Part shown: positions 19,020 to 30,247 of the stretch, piece by piece
Position numbering within the stretch: the stretch's first letter is position 1
Layout: every line of letters begins with the position of its first letter
Origin: a virus
IMG/VR virus record: IMGVR_UViG_3300035694_000001
Location: 31,771-95,770 of that record
Direction: 5' to 3' (one strand)
DNA: 64,000 nucleotides
Program-made: the position numbers and the translations under genes
Notes under the pieces: model-generated
The model's input: the letters and a program-made list of their open reading frames with translations, nothing else
What the model was told of the DNA's origin: nothing
The model's database searches: none

Positions 19020-19858
19020 AATGTCACACTACACAAGTAATGCTCAAGGGTTCTTCGTAGGCCTGGGTATGAGAAACACAGCCACCACATTGTGTGGCCT
19101 TGTTCTTGACGAAGTAAAAGATTACGGTTCGCCGTCCGGCGGCCAGCACGCAACATGCCCGGAATGTCGACGTCGCAATGGCGAAGACCGCACCCGGTTA
19201 TTCTAGAAGAGGAGAAAGTAATTGAACCTAGATCGGTTTAGACCGCCGCAAGACGCGGTGTCGGCTGTGCCGCTCACCATGGTGGTAAACGGTGAGCAAT
19301 ACGTGCTGGCCTCGGCGGGGCAGCAACGAAGCGGCGAGCTGTCCCCTCAGGACAATACGCTGCAACACCATGGGGTTATCGCCTATAACGGTGAGCCGCA
19401 CATCATGACGCCGAACGGGATTGCACCCTACCGGCCAGTCTCTCCCTACTCGCCCGACCCTGGGCAAGTGCCGAGGTGGATCAAACACCCGTATGGCAAG
19501 GGGCTGGGCATCTTCGCCGGCGCGGCCATCCTTGGTGTGTTTCTGCTCTGTCTCGGTATTGCCTTGTACGCGTTGGTGAACGTTGTCATCGCGCACGCTT
19601 TCGCCATCGGTCTCACCATCGTGGCGGTCTTCCTCGGCGGCCTGATGTTGCTGGGCGCACTTACGAAATCACGGCACGGCTATGCTTCGAGGAGATGATA
19701 AATAATGTGGCCATTCAGTCCAGTACGCGAAGAGCGATGCCCAGGTACCTGGGGTCATCGTACTTTATTTGGCACATGGCGTTGCGATACATGCGGCGGA
19801 ATAGTAGAACCAGAGAAATCAGAATCTGATAGCTATCCCGCTTGGAGGCTTTTTTAAC

Positions 19859-20950
19859 ATGGAACGCTTGCCTGATACCCGAGTATTTGAGAACGTCACT
19901 ATCACACCAAACGGGAAAACAGCGGCTGTGCTCGAAGGCCGTTGGGATGACATCTATATCACGTTGATCAATATCCGCGATGATGGTGTTCTCGTGCCTC
20001 ATGCGCAGCGTCCGGTCGACCTCAAAGACGGTCGGATTCGAGTGCATATAGATCTCGTGCCGGCAGTGGCTACACCATCCTCGCGCGTGATTCCGGTCAA
20101 GCCACAACGCAAAACTAAGATCCCTCTGCCTTCTCGCGCGGCCCTGCAAGCTACCGGCCTAGGCCTCGTTGCGGCTACAGGCGCAGCAGCTGTGACCGGA
20201 CTCGTCTGGGTAGCCATCACAGTCGTACCCGCTGTGATCTCGTTCATCGCCACGTGGGCCTTGCCCGCCTTGGTGCTAAGCGTCATCGCCCTTGGCCTCG
20301 GCGCGGCCATGGAGACCAGTCATCGCCGAGCGGCTGTGCACGAAGAAGAGCCGAGTATCTACCCGCCTGGGTATTCGCCGGCTGAACCTACTACTCCGAG
20401 TCGCTGGCGGTGGGGCACGAAAACGGAATCAGTCAAACACCACTGGCTCACTGGAAAACCGGTTGAAACGGAAGAAGCAGCTGCAGAAGCTAAAGCTGAG
20501 GCGAAGGACGTAGAACGGGAGCAGCGACGAATTAAGGCCGAGACAGCACCCCGGCACCATTGGTTCAGCGGTAAACCAATCGAAGATGAAGAAGCTAAGG
20601 CCGAAGCGAAGGATGTAGAACGTGAATTGCGGCATTGGTGGGGCGGATTAACCAAAGAAGGAAAGATCGCCCAGCAGCAAGAGCAGTTTGCTCGGTTAGA
20701 CCCCAGGGCTCAGCAGTGGGTGCAAGATTTGCGTGATCCGGCAAGTAAGCAGGCCAAAGGCACTTATGATGATAGCGCGGGTCGTTACTGTGCGGTAGGT
20801 CTAGAGACGCATCTGCATCGCCGAATGACTCATCAGCAGATGCGTCGAGCGTTCGGACCCAACTTTGTCTATGATGTCGAGAAATACAATGATTCCACTA
20901 ACGCGACATTTGAAGATGTCGCCGATTTCATCGTCCGGGAACTAAGCTAA
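19859..20950 (+). CDS. membrane protein with internal repeat and C-terminal domain paralogous to ORF 23725-24090
   Basis: Two TM segments; HHW..GKP..EAKAEAKDVERE twice; YCAVG..ND..TF..AD.I. Confidence 0.7.
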   Translation: MERLPDTRVFENVTITPNGKTAAVLEGRWDDIYITLINIRDDGVLVPHAQRPVDLKDGRIRVHIDLVPAVATPSSRVIPVKPQRKTKIPLPSRAALQATGLGLVAATGAAAVTGLVWVAITVVPAVISFIATWALPALVLSVIALGLGAAMETSHRRAAVHEEEPSIYPPGYSPAEPTTPSRWRWGTKTESVKHHWLTGKPVETEEAAAEAKAEAKDVEREQRRIKAETAPRHHWFSGKPIEDEEAKAEAKDVERELRHWWGGLTKEGKIAQQQEQFARLDPRAQQWVQDLRDPASKQAKGTYDDSAGRYCAVGLETHLHRRMTHQQMRRAFGPNFVYDVEKYNDSTNATFEDVADFIVRELS

Positions 20951-22568
20951 GGAGAAACGATGAAAGACATAGGACGTGCCATCTTTCTTATCATAGTGCT
21001 CTGGTTAGGGTGCCAGGCAATTGGATACATGGGCAGTCACGGCATGATCGGCCCGGCTCCAGTCCCAGCATCCGACAGCACGAGCGAGCCAAATTGTTTT
21101 GCTGTCCCAGCTGACGGCCAGTCACACCCCTGCAATATCCCAGACGCGCCGGTCACAAAATGGACCGTCACGGATCACGGTGCCTACCACGCGGACGGTA
21201 ATTGCTGGTCTCTGGGCATGACGCTGCCGCCGGCTCCCGGCATGGATGGTGGTGCGTTCACGCGCATGTGCGTGCCGAGGTCGGATTATGACGCACACCC
21301 CGTTGGGTCTACCTACATCATTGGTGGCCCAGGTACGGGTCTCTCCGGCGGCACAGCCAGCCGGATAACGGACGGTGGCTGAAATGTGGCCCTTTACACC
21401 ACTCGGCGGAGATGACTCAACATCTAGGTACTATCATCGGGCCCCCGGAAACAGCGCAACAACTTATTGCGGCATCCGCATAACTGGTGCGGTGCCGTGC
21501 GGACCGCCACCCTGGGGCACAGATGCCTGCCCTGTCTGTGAGGCGAACCGATGAGCCTCTTCGAGCCTCAGCCTGCAACTCTGAGCCCTGACCCGCGAAA
21601 AGTGGCTATCGCTGAGCTGCGAGCTTTAGCCACATACCTACGGCAGCGTGCAGCGCAGGCAGTCAGTGTGCCTACCTCTGTGGCCTTCCAAATCAGTGCT
21701 GACCGCGCTGAAGAGCGCGCCGAGGCACTAGAGCAAGGTGCCCAACTCCACATCTAGCCCTCACCCGTTCGGAGTATTGCTGTCTAGCTAGGCAGGCACT
21801 ACTGTCGAGCTAGACAGGTTGAAAGAAACAAAATCCGAGGAGTCGGAATGAACGCGCAGGACTACGACAGGCAAATGATTGAGAGGCTTCGAGAAGAGGC
21901 CGACGACAGCGGCCATTGTCAGGAATTCCGTAACCAGTGCCGGACTGAGGCTGACAAGCTCGAAGGAGAACTGCAATGACCACCACAGAGCCCCGTCGCC
22001 GGTCCCACAAGATCTGGCACTTGATCCGCAAAGATGACTACGGTTATGGCACCCACACTGAGTTTGTGATCGTTGCCGAGACTGAGCAGGCCGCGCGCTT
22101 CGCTGCGAGCGACACCGCACGGCAGTCAGACCGGCATGTGTGGCTTGACCCGCGTATCTCGCACGTCGAGCTGCTGGGCAAAACCGATGCCGGTGCCTAC
22201 GATAAGCCGACCGTGATTGTAGCGGTTTATCGTGGCGAGTGATGTGCACAGTCTTGAGCCCGGCCATTACCGAGTTCTGCATAATGGCCGGCTCATAGGC
22301 ATTATCAATGTGCAAGGGATTTGGTCGGATGGCTGCGATCTCCGAGATTTGCTTAAAAAGCGTGAAATTAAAAAGGGCGACATACTCGAATACAAGGCGG
22401 TGAAGCTGTGACTGACGCCGAGCGGCTGCGAGAAATCAATACCACAATAAGTGAAGGCCTAGCTGTCTTGTTGTCGGAGACAGAAATTATCTGGCTTATT
22501 CAGAGAGTCGAGCAGCTCGAAAAAGAAAATCAGAGCTTGCGAGACGCGCTAGATGTGTGGAGTAAAAA

Positions 22569-23147
22569 ATGACGGATGCTGGCAGCTTAGCACTGAGAGG
22601 GTGCACGGGGTGCTGCCGAAACCTTCCACTAACCGCGTTTAGTAAGCACGCTAATAAGCGAGATGGTTTGCAGCCTCGGTGCAAATCTTGTGTGAAAGAA
22701 TACTATGACACTTTCGTGCCCGCAGATGTGCTAACTAGTACTAAGAAATGCACCACATGCAAACAATATCGACCTAAAAAAGATTTTAGTCCACATAAAG
22801 GCAGGCGCGACGGGCTGCAGTCTATATGTTGCGTCTGTAGACGAGATCAAGAAAACTTGCGGCGCCGAAACGGCAAGGCTCACATAACTTGGATCAAAAC
22901 TAAATATGGACTCAGTCTGCAAGCGTATGAACTATTAGTTCAGCAGCAACAAGGAGTGTGCGCTATATGCGGGCAGCTTTGTGTTTTAGGTCGATTATGT
23001 GTTGATCATAACCACACCACGCACAAAGTTAGGGGACTTCTCTGTAATTCGTGCAACACAGGATTAGGTTATTTCAAAGATAATCCCCAACTGCTAGAAG
23101 CTGCTGCACAGTATTTACACAACTCCGCTTTGCCAGTTGGCTTTTAG
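22569..23147 (+). CDS. endonuclease VII-family (homing-type) endonuclease
   Basis: CAICG..VDHNH..VRGLLCNSCN; duplicated N-terminal CxxC modules. Confidence 0.9.
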   Translation: MTDAGSLALRGCTGCCRNLPLTAFSKHANKRDGLQPRCKSCVKEYYDTFVPADVLTSTKKCTTCKQYRPKKDFSPHKGRRDGLQSICCVCRRDQENLRRRNGKAHITWIKTKYGLSLQAYELLVQQQQGVCAICGQLCVLGRLCVDHNHTTHKVRGLLCNSCNTGLGYFKDNPQLLEAAAQYLHNSALPVGF

Positions 23148-23461
23148 GAAAGGAGATAGTGATGTGCGATCACGCGGCGCGTGGCACGGAGTTGATAGTC
23201 GCCATGGAACAAGTGACCAAGGAGTTTGAAAATGACCCGCTGGATGCCGACTACCAGTATGATTTGGAACGTGAGCGCCATGCGAATGGTTAAACGCGGA
23301 CGGCCCGATTACGCAGCCGAGCGGGATACACATGCGAGCACAGCGGTCCTGAATTTGCAAGCCGGTGATAGCTCAGCCGCTACTGCGGCGGCCTTGCTGG
23401 CTCTCGAAGCCCAGTTCGGTCGAATCGCTGATGCGCAGCTAGCGAAAGAAGATCACATCTG

Positions 23462-23728
23462 ATGCCCGAACGTCCAGCCGCTGAGTTGGCGCACCTGGCG
23501 GATATGGCTAGGAGGCTCAGCACATCGCTCGTGTACTACCAACATGCGCTGATTGCGGCCAGGCAAGCTGGGGCTACCTGGCCTCAGATGGCCGAGGTGC
23601 TTGGAACGTCCGAGGGTGGCGTGCGGTGGCGCCATAAGGCAGCTAGGGACGGTGGAGAGGTGCATCTGCGTCTCTGGCCGGCCAACGAACCTCAGATACC
23701 GGCTCCACGAAGTGAGGAGATGTCATGA
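23462..23728 (+). CDS. HTH DNA-binding protein
   Basis: ARQAGATWPQMAEVLGTSEGGVR. Confidence 0.7.
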   Translation: MPERPAAELAHLADMARRLSTSLVYYQHALIAARQAGATWPQMAEVLGTSEGGVRWRHKAARDGGEVHLRLWPANEPQIPAPRSEEMS

Positions 23729-24090
23729 ACGAGACCATCAAAGAAGAGTGGAAGAAGAATCTCAAATCTGGAAAGTTTGCCCAAGGCAGCGGGCAGCTTC
23801 GCGCATGGAGCGAAGAGGATAACTGTTGGAAGTATTGCTGCCTCGGCGTGCTGTGTGAGATGTCCGGGCTTGGTGAGTGGGTAGAAGTAGTAGTGGACGA
23901 CGAAGAGCGTTACTCTACTTATTACCTTAACAACAAATATTACTTGCCCTGTGAGGTGGCCGAGTGGGCTGGTATCGATCCCAGTAACGATGAAGACACA
24001 GACGTACAACAGCGTTTAGGAACTGCGAATGACGAAGGCAATACTTTTACCGTGATAGCCGATCAAATCGGCACGACTTGGGATTTGTGA
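23725..24090 (+). CDS. conserved phage hypothetical protein
   Basis: W..LKSG.F.QG.G.L..YCCLGVLC..ND.G.TF..IAD.I. Confidence 0.7.
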   Translation: MNETIKEEWKKNLKSGKFAQGSGQLRAWSEEDNCWKYCCLGVLCEMSGLGEWVEVVVDDEERYSTYYLNNKYYLPCEVAEWAGIDPSNDEDTDVQQRLGTANDEGNTFTVIADQIGTTWDL

Positions 24091-24758
24091 TAATATGCCT
24101 GAGTCACTGAGTGCTTGCAGCATCAAACTGTGCTTGTCGTGCGAGCTGGTGTTCAATGAAATTACGGCTGGTATCACACTTGTTTTAGCTCCACTTCCTA
24201 ATGTAGTGATGCAAGGTGCCCACAAACACCTTAAAGTGCATAAAGGAGATAATACTAATACCCCTTTCCCTCGGTGCAAACGTAATGGTCGAGGGTGGAA
24301 TGGCCCAAATTTTGTGCCCACGAAGCAACTTGTAAATTGCCGCCGTTGTTTGGTTTGTGATGACTAGCCGGCTGCTAATCACTGGCTCACGATGGTGAGC
24401 CTCAGAAGCAAGGCATCCCAGTATCACCTTTTGAGAAACGGAGTTGAAGAGCAATGACGTTAGCTGAGCTAGGTTACCGGCTGGAAGCAAGGATGCCGGG
24501 ATGGATGACTTCGGTGCGGTGTCTCACTTTTATTGTTGCGGCTATGATTCTTCTGGTGCAGGGGCTTTGAGGCATGGCAACTATGCGTGTACCCCTACAC
24601 ATCCTTGGCGCTGTGCACCCGAGGCCTGGCATTGGGTGGGAGTGGACCTGCAACTACAAAGAGTGCAACGGTCATGGATTTAGGATAGACCGAGAGAAAA
24701 GCTACGCTGCTATCAGCACGCACTGGCGAGAGCGGCACAGAGCTTTGGACGATAGGCG

Positions 24759-25229
24759 ATGATTTATGTGGATGATGTCGGCATACCGGCGAAGGTGTGG
24801 AATAAGCGTACGGGCCGTTATGTCGAATCGCGTTGGTTCCACTTGATCTCAGACCAGATCGACACAGCCGAGCTACATGCATTCGCCGCGCGCCTCGGCT
24901 TGCACCGCTCCTACTTCCAAGAAGGATCCGATCTCAGCGGTCAGGTTCTAGAACCTTGGCATGATCATTATGACGTGACGGTTGGTAAGCGCAAGCAAGC
25001 TCTTGGTCTTGGTGCCCAATCGGTCTCCTGGCACGAACTGGCCGAGATCACAACCGCTAAGGGAGAGGAATGTCACGCGCGCCATAGCGTCGATCTGAGC
25101 GGCTATCTGTGCCCCGCGTGTGTGCACCTTCTTGGAGAGCACGAGCACAGTTTTGAGCCCGCCCCTCAACCGAGTTATGAAGTTTGGGCTTGTCAACACC
25201 CGACATGCGACTGTGTGATGGAGCGATGA
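24759..25229 (+). CDS. DUF4031-domain protein
   Basis: IYVDD..WFHLISD..ELHAFAARLG..FQ..HYDVT. Confidence 0.8.
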   Translation: MIYVDDVGIPAKVWNKRTGRYVESRWFHLISDQIDTAELHAFAARLGLHRSYFQEGSDLSGQVLEPWHDHYDVTVGKRKQALGLGAQSVSWHELAEITTAKGEECHARHSVDLSGYLCPACVHLLGEHEHSFEPAPQPSYEVWACQHPTCDCVMER

Positions 25230-25486
25230 TGATGAAACAACCTATTACCGTGGGCGGTATTTACTTACACTATAAGGGTGATCGTTACATTGTCTTGTAC
25301 GCCGCGCAAGACTCGGAAAACTCGGATAACCGTGGATACCTAGTGATTTACATGTCGCTTGATGGCCCGCAAACGGGGCAAATCAATGTGAGGAGTTTAT
25401 CTGAGTTTAGAGAAGACGTCGAGATGCCCGGAGGCGGTAAAACACCTAGATTTAAATACCTACGGACAGCACCAAGGGACCGCTGA
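25226..25486 (+). CDS. DUF1653-domain protein
   Basis: GIYLHYKG..Y.V..VIY..VR...F...PRF. Confidence 0.8.
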   Translation: MMMKQPITVGGIYLHYKGDRYIVLYAAQDSENSDNRGYLVIYMSLDGPQTGQINVRSLSEFREDVEMPGGGKTPRFKYLRTAPRDR

Positions 25487-26043
25487 TGACTACGCTACAA
25501 GAAGCTCAAACTTGGCTCGGTGAGCAGTTGCGAGATAAGGGCACCACATGCCCATGTTGCGGCCAGATGGCCAAGGTTTACAAGCGCAAACTCAACGCCA
25601 ACATGGCGCGCTCGTTGCTAGTCGGCTACCGGGAGGCTGGGCTAGATTGGTTCCACGCCCCCTCGGTTGTTAAAGATCGAGGCGAGATGGCCAAGCTGCG
25701 GTACTGGAAGCTGGTAGAGGAAGAGCAGGCACTGCGGCCGGATGGTGGCCGAGCGGGCTGCTGGCGGGTCACCTCGGCTGGGCAGATGTTTGCCCTCGGT
25801 CAGACAGTGGTCCCTGCACACGCGCTGGTCTATGACAGCCGGCTAGTTCGGCTGGACGAGTCGAGCGGCAAGATCAGTATCTATGATGCCTTGGGTGCTA
25901 AATTCAACTACCAGGAGCTGATGCGTGCCAAATTGCCGGCGTTTACTGTGGGTACGTAGCTCCCAGGAAACTCCCAGCTAACGAACACAACCCCCCTCAG
26001 CGATACAGCGTCTACAGGATGCACATCAACATGAGGAGGAGTT

Positions 26044-26295
26044 TTGATCAGAACACTTGCCGCGACGCTAGCGGTTGGCGCCTTGACGCTGGCTGGCGCG
26101 GCACCGGCCTTGGCTGACACGGCCGCGACGCAGGCTAGCGCTGCGCAGCCTTACCGTGGGGATTTCTGCGACAACGAGCGCAACCAGTGGGCCCCACAGT
26201 GCCGTAGCCACGACAGCTGGCGCTGGAACAGGCAACACAACCGCTGGGACCACTGGCGCTTCAACGACCGTGACCGTCGTTGGCACCAGAGGTAA
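26044..26295 (+). CDS. small secreted Arg/Trp-rich protein
   Basis: Signal peptide ending APALA; WRWNRQHNRWDHWRFNDRDRRWHQR tail. Confidence 0.65.
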   Translation: MIRTLAATLAVGALTLAGAAPALADTAATQASAAQPYRGDFCDNERNQWAPQCRSHDSWRWNRQHNRWDHWRFNDRDRRWHQR

Positions 26296-26311
26296 GATCT
26301 TCAGCATAGAA

Positions 26312-26350
26312 AAGCGGGGCCTCTGAACTACCTACCAGGGGCCCCGCTTC
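26312..26350. terminator. bidirectional terminator
   Basis: AAGCGGGGCC..GGCCCCGCTT between convergent genes. Confidence 0.7.
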
Positions 26351-26511
26351 TTGTGTCTAGCTGCAGGCGAGGACGTCGCCGGTCTCCCGGCAGCTCGGCG
26401 GGTTGGGGCAAAAACCTGGGGTGCTGCCGCACGCGAGAGCTGGCACCTCGGCACTGAAAAGCAGCACGAGCACAAAGACGCCGGACGCAGCGGTGATCAT
26501 GGTACGTGATC

Positions 26512-27183
26512 CTACGGGGTAGAGGTCGGCGGTGGCGCGGTTTTCTTGGTCTTCCTGGGGCCTGTGGCCTTCGCCTTGGGCGCGGCGGCGCTGCCCTGAG
26601 GTTTGGCCCCTGGGTGCCGCCAGCATTTCTCTCCGGCCGTGCCTACCGGGTTGTTGCACGGGGTGCCATCATCCGTGGGAGCCCCGCACTTGTGGCCTCC
26701 GCTGCCCTTGGGAGGGTTGCCGGCGGCGCGCGGCTTCCGGGGCGTCTTCGGAGGCTTAGCTGGCGGGTTGGGGTCACCGAAGAACCACGCTGTGCCGGCG
26801 GAGATCCCCTCGGCGACGAAGAACATCTCAGCAGCCGCACTCCAGCTCGCAAACTCCACAGCAGCGGCCGTGAGCACCGTAGCCGCCACAACGACCGTGA
26901 AGAAGCCGAAGAGCATGCCTCGGCGCGGCGGCCGGCGCCGTACCCGGCGAGCTTGGGGCCTAGCCCCAACGTTGAAGACGCCAGCGCGCCGGCCTATTCG
27001 AGAAGACGGGCGGCGCGGCGGCGCTGTGTGCACAGCTACGAGCGGTCGCTTCGGCCGTGCCTGCCGGGCTGCCCGACGTGCCCGGATGTTGTCGCTGATG
27101 TGCTGGCCCAGCTTCGGCCTCGGTACTTCGCCCGTAAATCCTACGGGCGGGGGCGGTGCAGCTTGTTTCGACGCCTTAGCCAT
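26512..27183 (-). CDS. basic membrane protein with C-terminal C3H zinc-finger-like motif
   Basis: Hydrophobic segments; CGAPTDDGTPCNNPV..CWRH. Confidence 0.65.
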   Translation of the reverse strand: MAKASKQAAPPPPVGFTGEVPRPKLGQHISDNIRARRAARQARPKRPLVAVHTAPPRRPSSRIGRRAGVFNVGARPQARRVRRRPPRRGMLFGFFTVVVAATVLTAAAVEFASWSAAAEMFFVAEGISAGTAWFFGDPNPPAKPPKTPRKPRAAGNPPKGSGGHKCGAPTDDGTPCNNPVGTAGEKCWRHPGAKPQGSAAAPKAKATGPRKTKKTAPPPTSTP

Positions 27184-27374
27184 GGTTTCCGTCCTGACAC
27201 TGCGGGTTGGTGTCCGGTTACTATGGATCACCTGTGTTTGATGTGTTACACGTCTGTGAGCTGCGTAAAGGCCAGCAATAGCCGGGCCATGCTAGCCTCC
27301 CTCCACCCGGACACTGTGTAAGGTGTCAGGGTACCAGTTGCGGTTTCGCAATCACAACGGAGCAAGGGAGGATC

Positions 27375-27887
27375 GTGTCCGTAGACCCGCGTCAGCTTGT
27401 TGAGCTGCTGTGTGTCGACATGAGCGAGACCGAGCGAGCCAAACAGCTGGGAGTAGCTCGGTCCTCGTACTACGGCGCGCTAGAGCGACTCATCCGAGAT
27501 GGGATCTTGAAAAGCCGCACGATGTTGGCCGGGGGGATGACCTGCACAGGCGCGCATCCGCGATCTAAAAATTCACCCACCAGGCACGCTCCGGTGCTGC
27601 ATGTGTCGTGGCTGGCAGGACTCGGCCGCTGGTCAGTGCAAGGTGCGTTGCTCGACGCATGGGACAAGGAATCCAAAAGTGAAGCTGTGGTTATTATTCG
27701 GTGGGCAGGTAAAACATTGGACATTTATTCATTTGTTGTGGTGCCCCCGACGCGATGGTCTACGAAAGATACTAATCGATACATTGGCAGCCGCTGGTTA
27801 CTGACCAGAACAGCTCTCGAAGAATTAACGATCGCTATTGCTAGGGTGCTCGACGCTGAGGCTGTGCTTATACCGGAGGGCTGGTGA
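27375..27887 (+). CDS. HTH-containing regulator
   Basis: SETERAKQLGVARSSYYGALERL. Confidence 0.6.
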   Translation: MSVDPRQLVELLCVDMSETERAKQLGVARSSYYGALERLIRDGILKSRTMLAGGMTCTGAHPRSKNSPTRHAPVLHVSWLAGLGRWSVQGALLDAWDKESKSEAVVIIRWAGKTLDIYSFVVVPPTRWSTKDTNRYIGSRWLLTRTALEELTIAIARVLDAEAVLIPEGW

Positions 27888-28495
27888 TGTACCGGGTTTT
27901 TAAGTATTGCGTGGGGCTATCTATTGTCGCTGTTTTACTAATTGTTTTTCTCATCATTGCGGTAGGAATCTAGACTAGGAGGATTAGTATGTCCGATTCA
28001 TCGAATCTACTAGACTTCATCTCTGACGAACCGCCGGCTCAGATCGACATCATCGAGCTGGCCGTGCAAGCACTGGCCGAGGCGATGGCGTGGCGGGTAG
28101 ACCCACTGAACATCCCCGCGCCGACTGCTGACATGACCCAGCGTGCGACGGATATTGTCTCGGCGGTGACCGACCTGGGCGGCCGGAAGTTCGTTGTGCT
28201 TGTGTGCGGCTCTGAGGCAGACGCCAAGCGCCTCGCCGTGGCATGCGGTAAGAACGGTGACCACATCGGCGAGGCGCTGCGCGTGCTTGATCTGCTGGCC
28301 GAGACGGAAGAGGCCCTGCCTAACTAGCAGACAGGGCCTCTATGCAAAATAGGGGTTACTGACCGCCGGCAAGAAAATAGCCCGAATTCATGGCAAGAAA
28401 ACCAAGGGAGCCAGCAAGGAAAGTGACCAGGATAATTCTGGTGAGCAGGGGTATCGAACGCAGTCCATCTTCAAGCCACTGCAAAAAATCTTCCA

Positions 28496-28993
28496 TTACT
28501 TTACCGCCTTGGTCATGTCGGCTTCCTGGTAAGTAAGTGGCTTAAGAATTTTACCATCGGCTCGTGCGATGCATGAGCCATCTAGCAAAATTTTCGTCAT
28601 ATTCGACCGATGCACCTCTCTAAAAGCAGTATCTGTGTTTATTTCTGGTCGCGCGGCAGCTCCCACAATCACGTACATCAAATCGGCTGATTCTTTGGCC
28701 ATAGGCTTGGCATCGCCTGTGTCTACGAAATGCTGCAAGGCTTCGCACCACTCGGTATATTCTTCTTCAGCGAGCTTCCAGCGAAGCTCAGCCCACTCTT
28801 CAAGAGGTAAATGATCCCCGCCGGTTGCTTCACTCCACTCTTGTAACATCCCCGTATAGCTGGGCCGCAGAGCCTCGTAGGCGGTGAGGATCTCGGCTAG
28901 TGCAAAAGCTGCAGCCCCTGGGTGGTCGTATAATTTGCCTGCATGGCGGTCGAGGATCTCTAGTAGCTCAGCTGGTACGTCTTCAATCTTCAT
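28496..28993 (-). CDS. MazG-like nucleotide pyrophosphohydrolase
   Basis: AEEEYTE..KESADLMYV..AFREVHRSNMTK. Confidence 0.85.
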   Translation of the reverse strand: MKIEDVPAELLEILDRHAGKLYDHPGAAAFALAEILTAYEALRPSYTGMLQEWSEATGGDHLPLEEWAELRWKLAEEEYTEWCEALQHFVDTGDAKPMAKESADLMYVIVGAAARPEINTDTAFREVHRSNMTKILLDGSCIARADGKILKPLTYQEADMTKAVK

Positions 28994-29175
28994 GTCGCGA
29001 TGGTCCTTTCCGGGCACATATGCCCCTCGGTTGCTTCGATGTGATGGCAAGTTGCGCATCGGATCCACAGACCGCATTCAACACATTGCCGAAAATAGCT
29101 GGCGCCGACCATGTGGATCCACGTCATGTTTTCCGCTCGGCAATTGTAACAGTACCGTTTCTCGGAGGCTAGCAT

Positions 29176-29757
29176 TTATTCAGCTCCTAGGTGCGCGAGA
29201 GATCGAGCGAGATTTTTACGTGCCTGCTGGCCGATGGTCTTCGGAGGGTAACCGAAGTGAGCAGTCAAGGCAGCTGTGCCGAGCCCTCGGCAATACCGCA
29301 AATAAATATACTCCCGTTGCCTGTCAGTTAGCTCGGCCATTGCATGCGCTATCTCTCCGTAGTGATAAGCGGTTTCGATCCCTTCAAGATTTGTCAGCAT
29401 CTCTACCCAGATAATATCCGAGGCTTTGCCGGTAAACTCGCTTGTGTGGTCATCCGAGTAGGCTTCGATCTTTTCCCACGGGTCGCCGGATAGCTCAGTT
29501 TTCCTTGCATCTCGACACTGTGCCGTCCAGTGTCGAATCATCACACGCATACGATCTGACGCGTTGCGCAAAAGCCAATAATCTAGTGTGACACCCCTTC
29601 GGTCATCGTAGGTCTTGGTAGCCTGCCATAGCGCAATCCACGCTTCTTGTGCAAGATCATCTGATCTGTCTGGGAACTGCAGAGTCATACGAGAGGCCAT
29701 CCGGCGCAATTTGGGTCGGTACTGTAATAGTAACTCCCGTTCTTCCGTTATGTTCAT
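29176..29757 (-). CDS. sigma70/ECF-type RNA polymerase sigma factor
   Basis: DDLAQEAWIALW (region 2); LTDRQREYIYLRY (region 4). Confidence 0.85.
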   Translation of the reverse strand: MNITEERELLLQYRPKLRRMASRMTLQFPDRSDDLAQEAWIALWQATKTYDDRRGVTLDYWLLRNASDRMRVMIRHWTAQCRDARKTELSGDPWEKIEAYSDDHTSEFTGKASDIIWVEMLTNLEGIETAYHYGEIAHAMAELTDRQREYIYLRYCRGLGTAALTAHFGYPPKTIGQQARKNLARSLAHLGAE

Positions 29758-30175
29758 AACTTCTTCCTAATTGTTCGCATAGTTGTCGAGCAGGCGGGTT
29801 AATGAGATACCAAAAAATACGCAAGCCTACATCCGGGTTGTCTCGAACGCGTCTACCAAGGAACTGGTTACACTCCCCACATAGCAGTCCCCGAAGTAAG
29901 TCCGTTTTATGATCATGATCATTAGCGAGTCGTTTAGTTGCGCCGGTGGCCAGCCGACAGATCCAACACAGGCCATTTTGGAATGCGTACAATAAGTCGT
30001 AAAAATCTGTGTCCGTGTCGTACACTTTGGCGGTCATCGCCCGGTGCGCTGCTTCTTTGCGTCGCTTGACCTCAGGCCGCCAGCAGGTAGCGCAGCGCGG
30101 CCCAGGGTGTGGAGCCGGGCGTTTTTGATGTTTGATGTCTTCCCCCGCATTTTTGCAGGGCTTGAGTTTCTTCAC
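29657..30175 (-). CDS. endonuclease VII (Holliday junction resolvase-like)
   Basis: CWIC..DHDH..RGLLCGECN within the recombination operon. Confidence 0.85.
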   Translation of the reverse strand: MKKLKPCKNAGEDIKHQKRPAPHPGPRCATCWRPEVKRRKEAAHRAMTAKVYDTDTDFYDLLYAFQNGLCWICRLATGATKRLANDHDHKTDLLRGLLCGECNQFLGRRVRDNPDVGLRIFWYLINPPARQLCEQLGRSYEHNGRTGVTITVPTQIAPDGLSYDSAVPRQIR

Positions 30176-30247
30176 GGGCTAAGTCCGATCTACTCCAGTA
30201 GCGCCGAGGTCCCAGCGAGGCGACCTCGGCGCTACGCATCGGGCTAT

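Larger units (their letters stand above)
16483..26295 (+). other. rightward array of about 30 small hypothetical, membrane and Zn-finger genes
   Basis: Head-to-tail plus-strand ORFs with ATGA overlaps. Confidence 0.7.
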
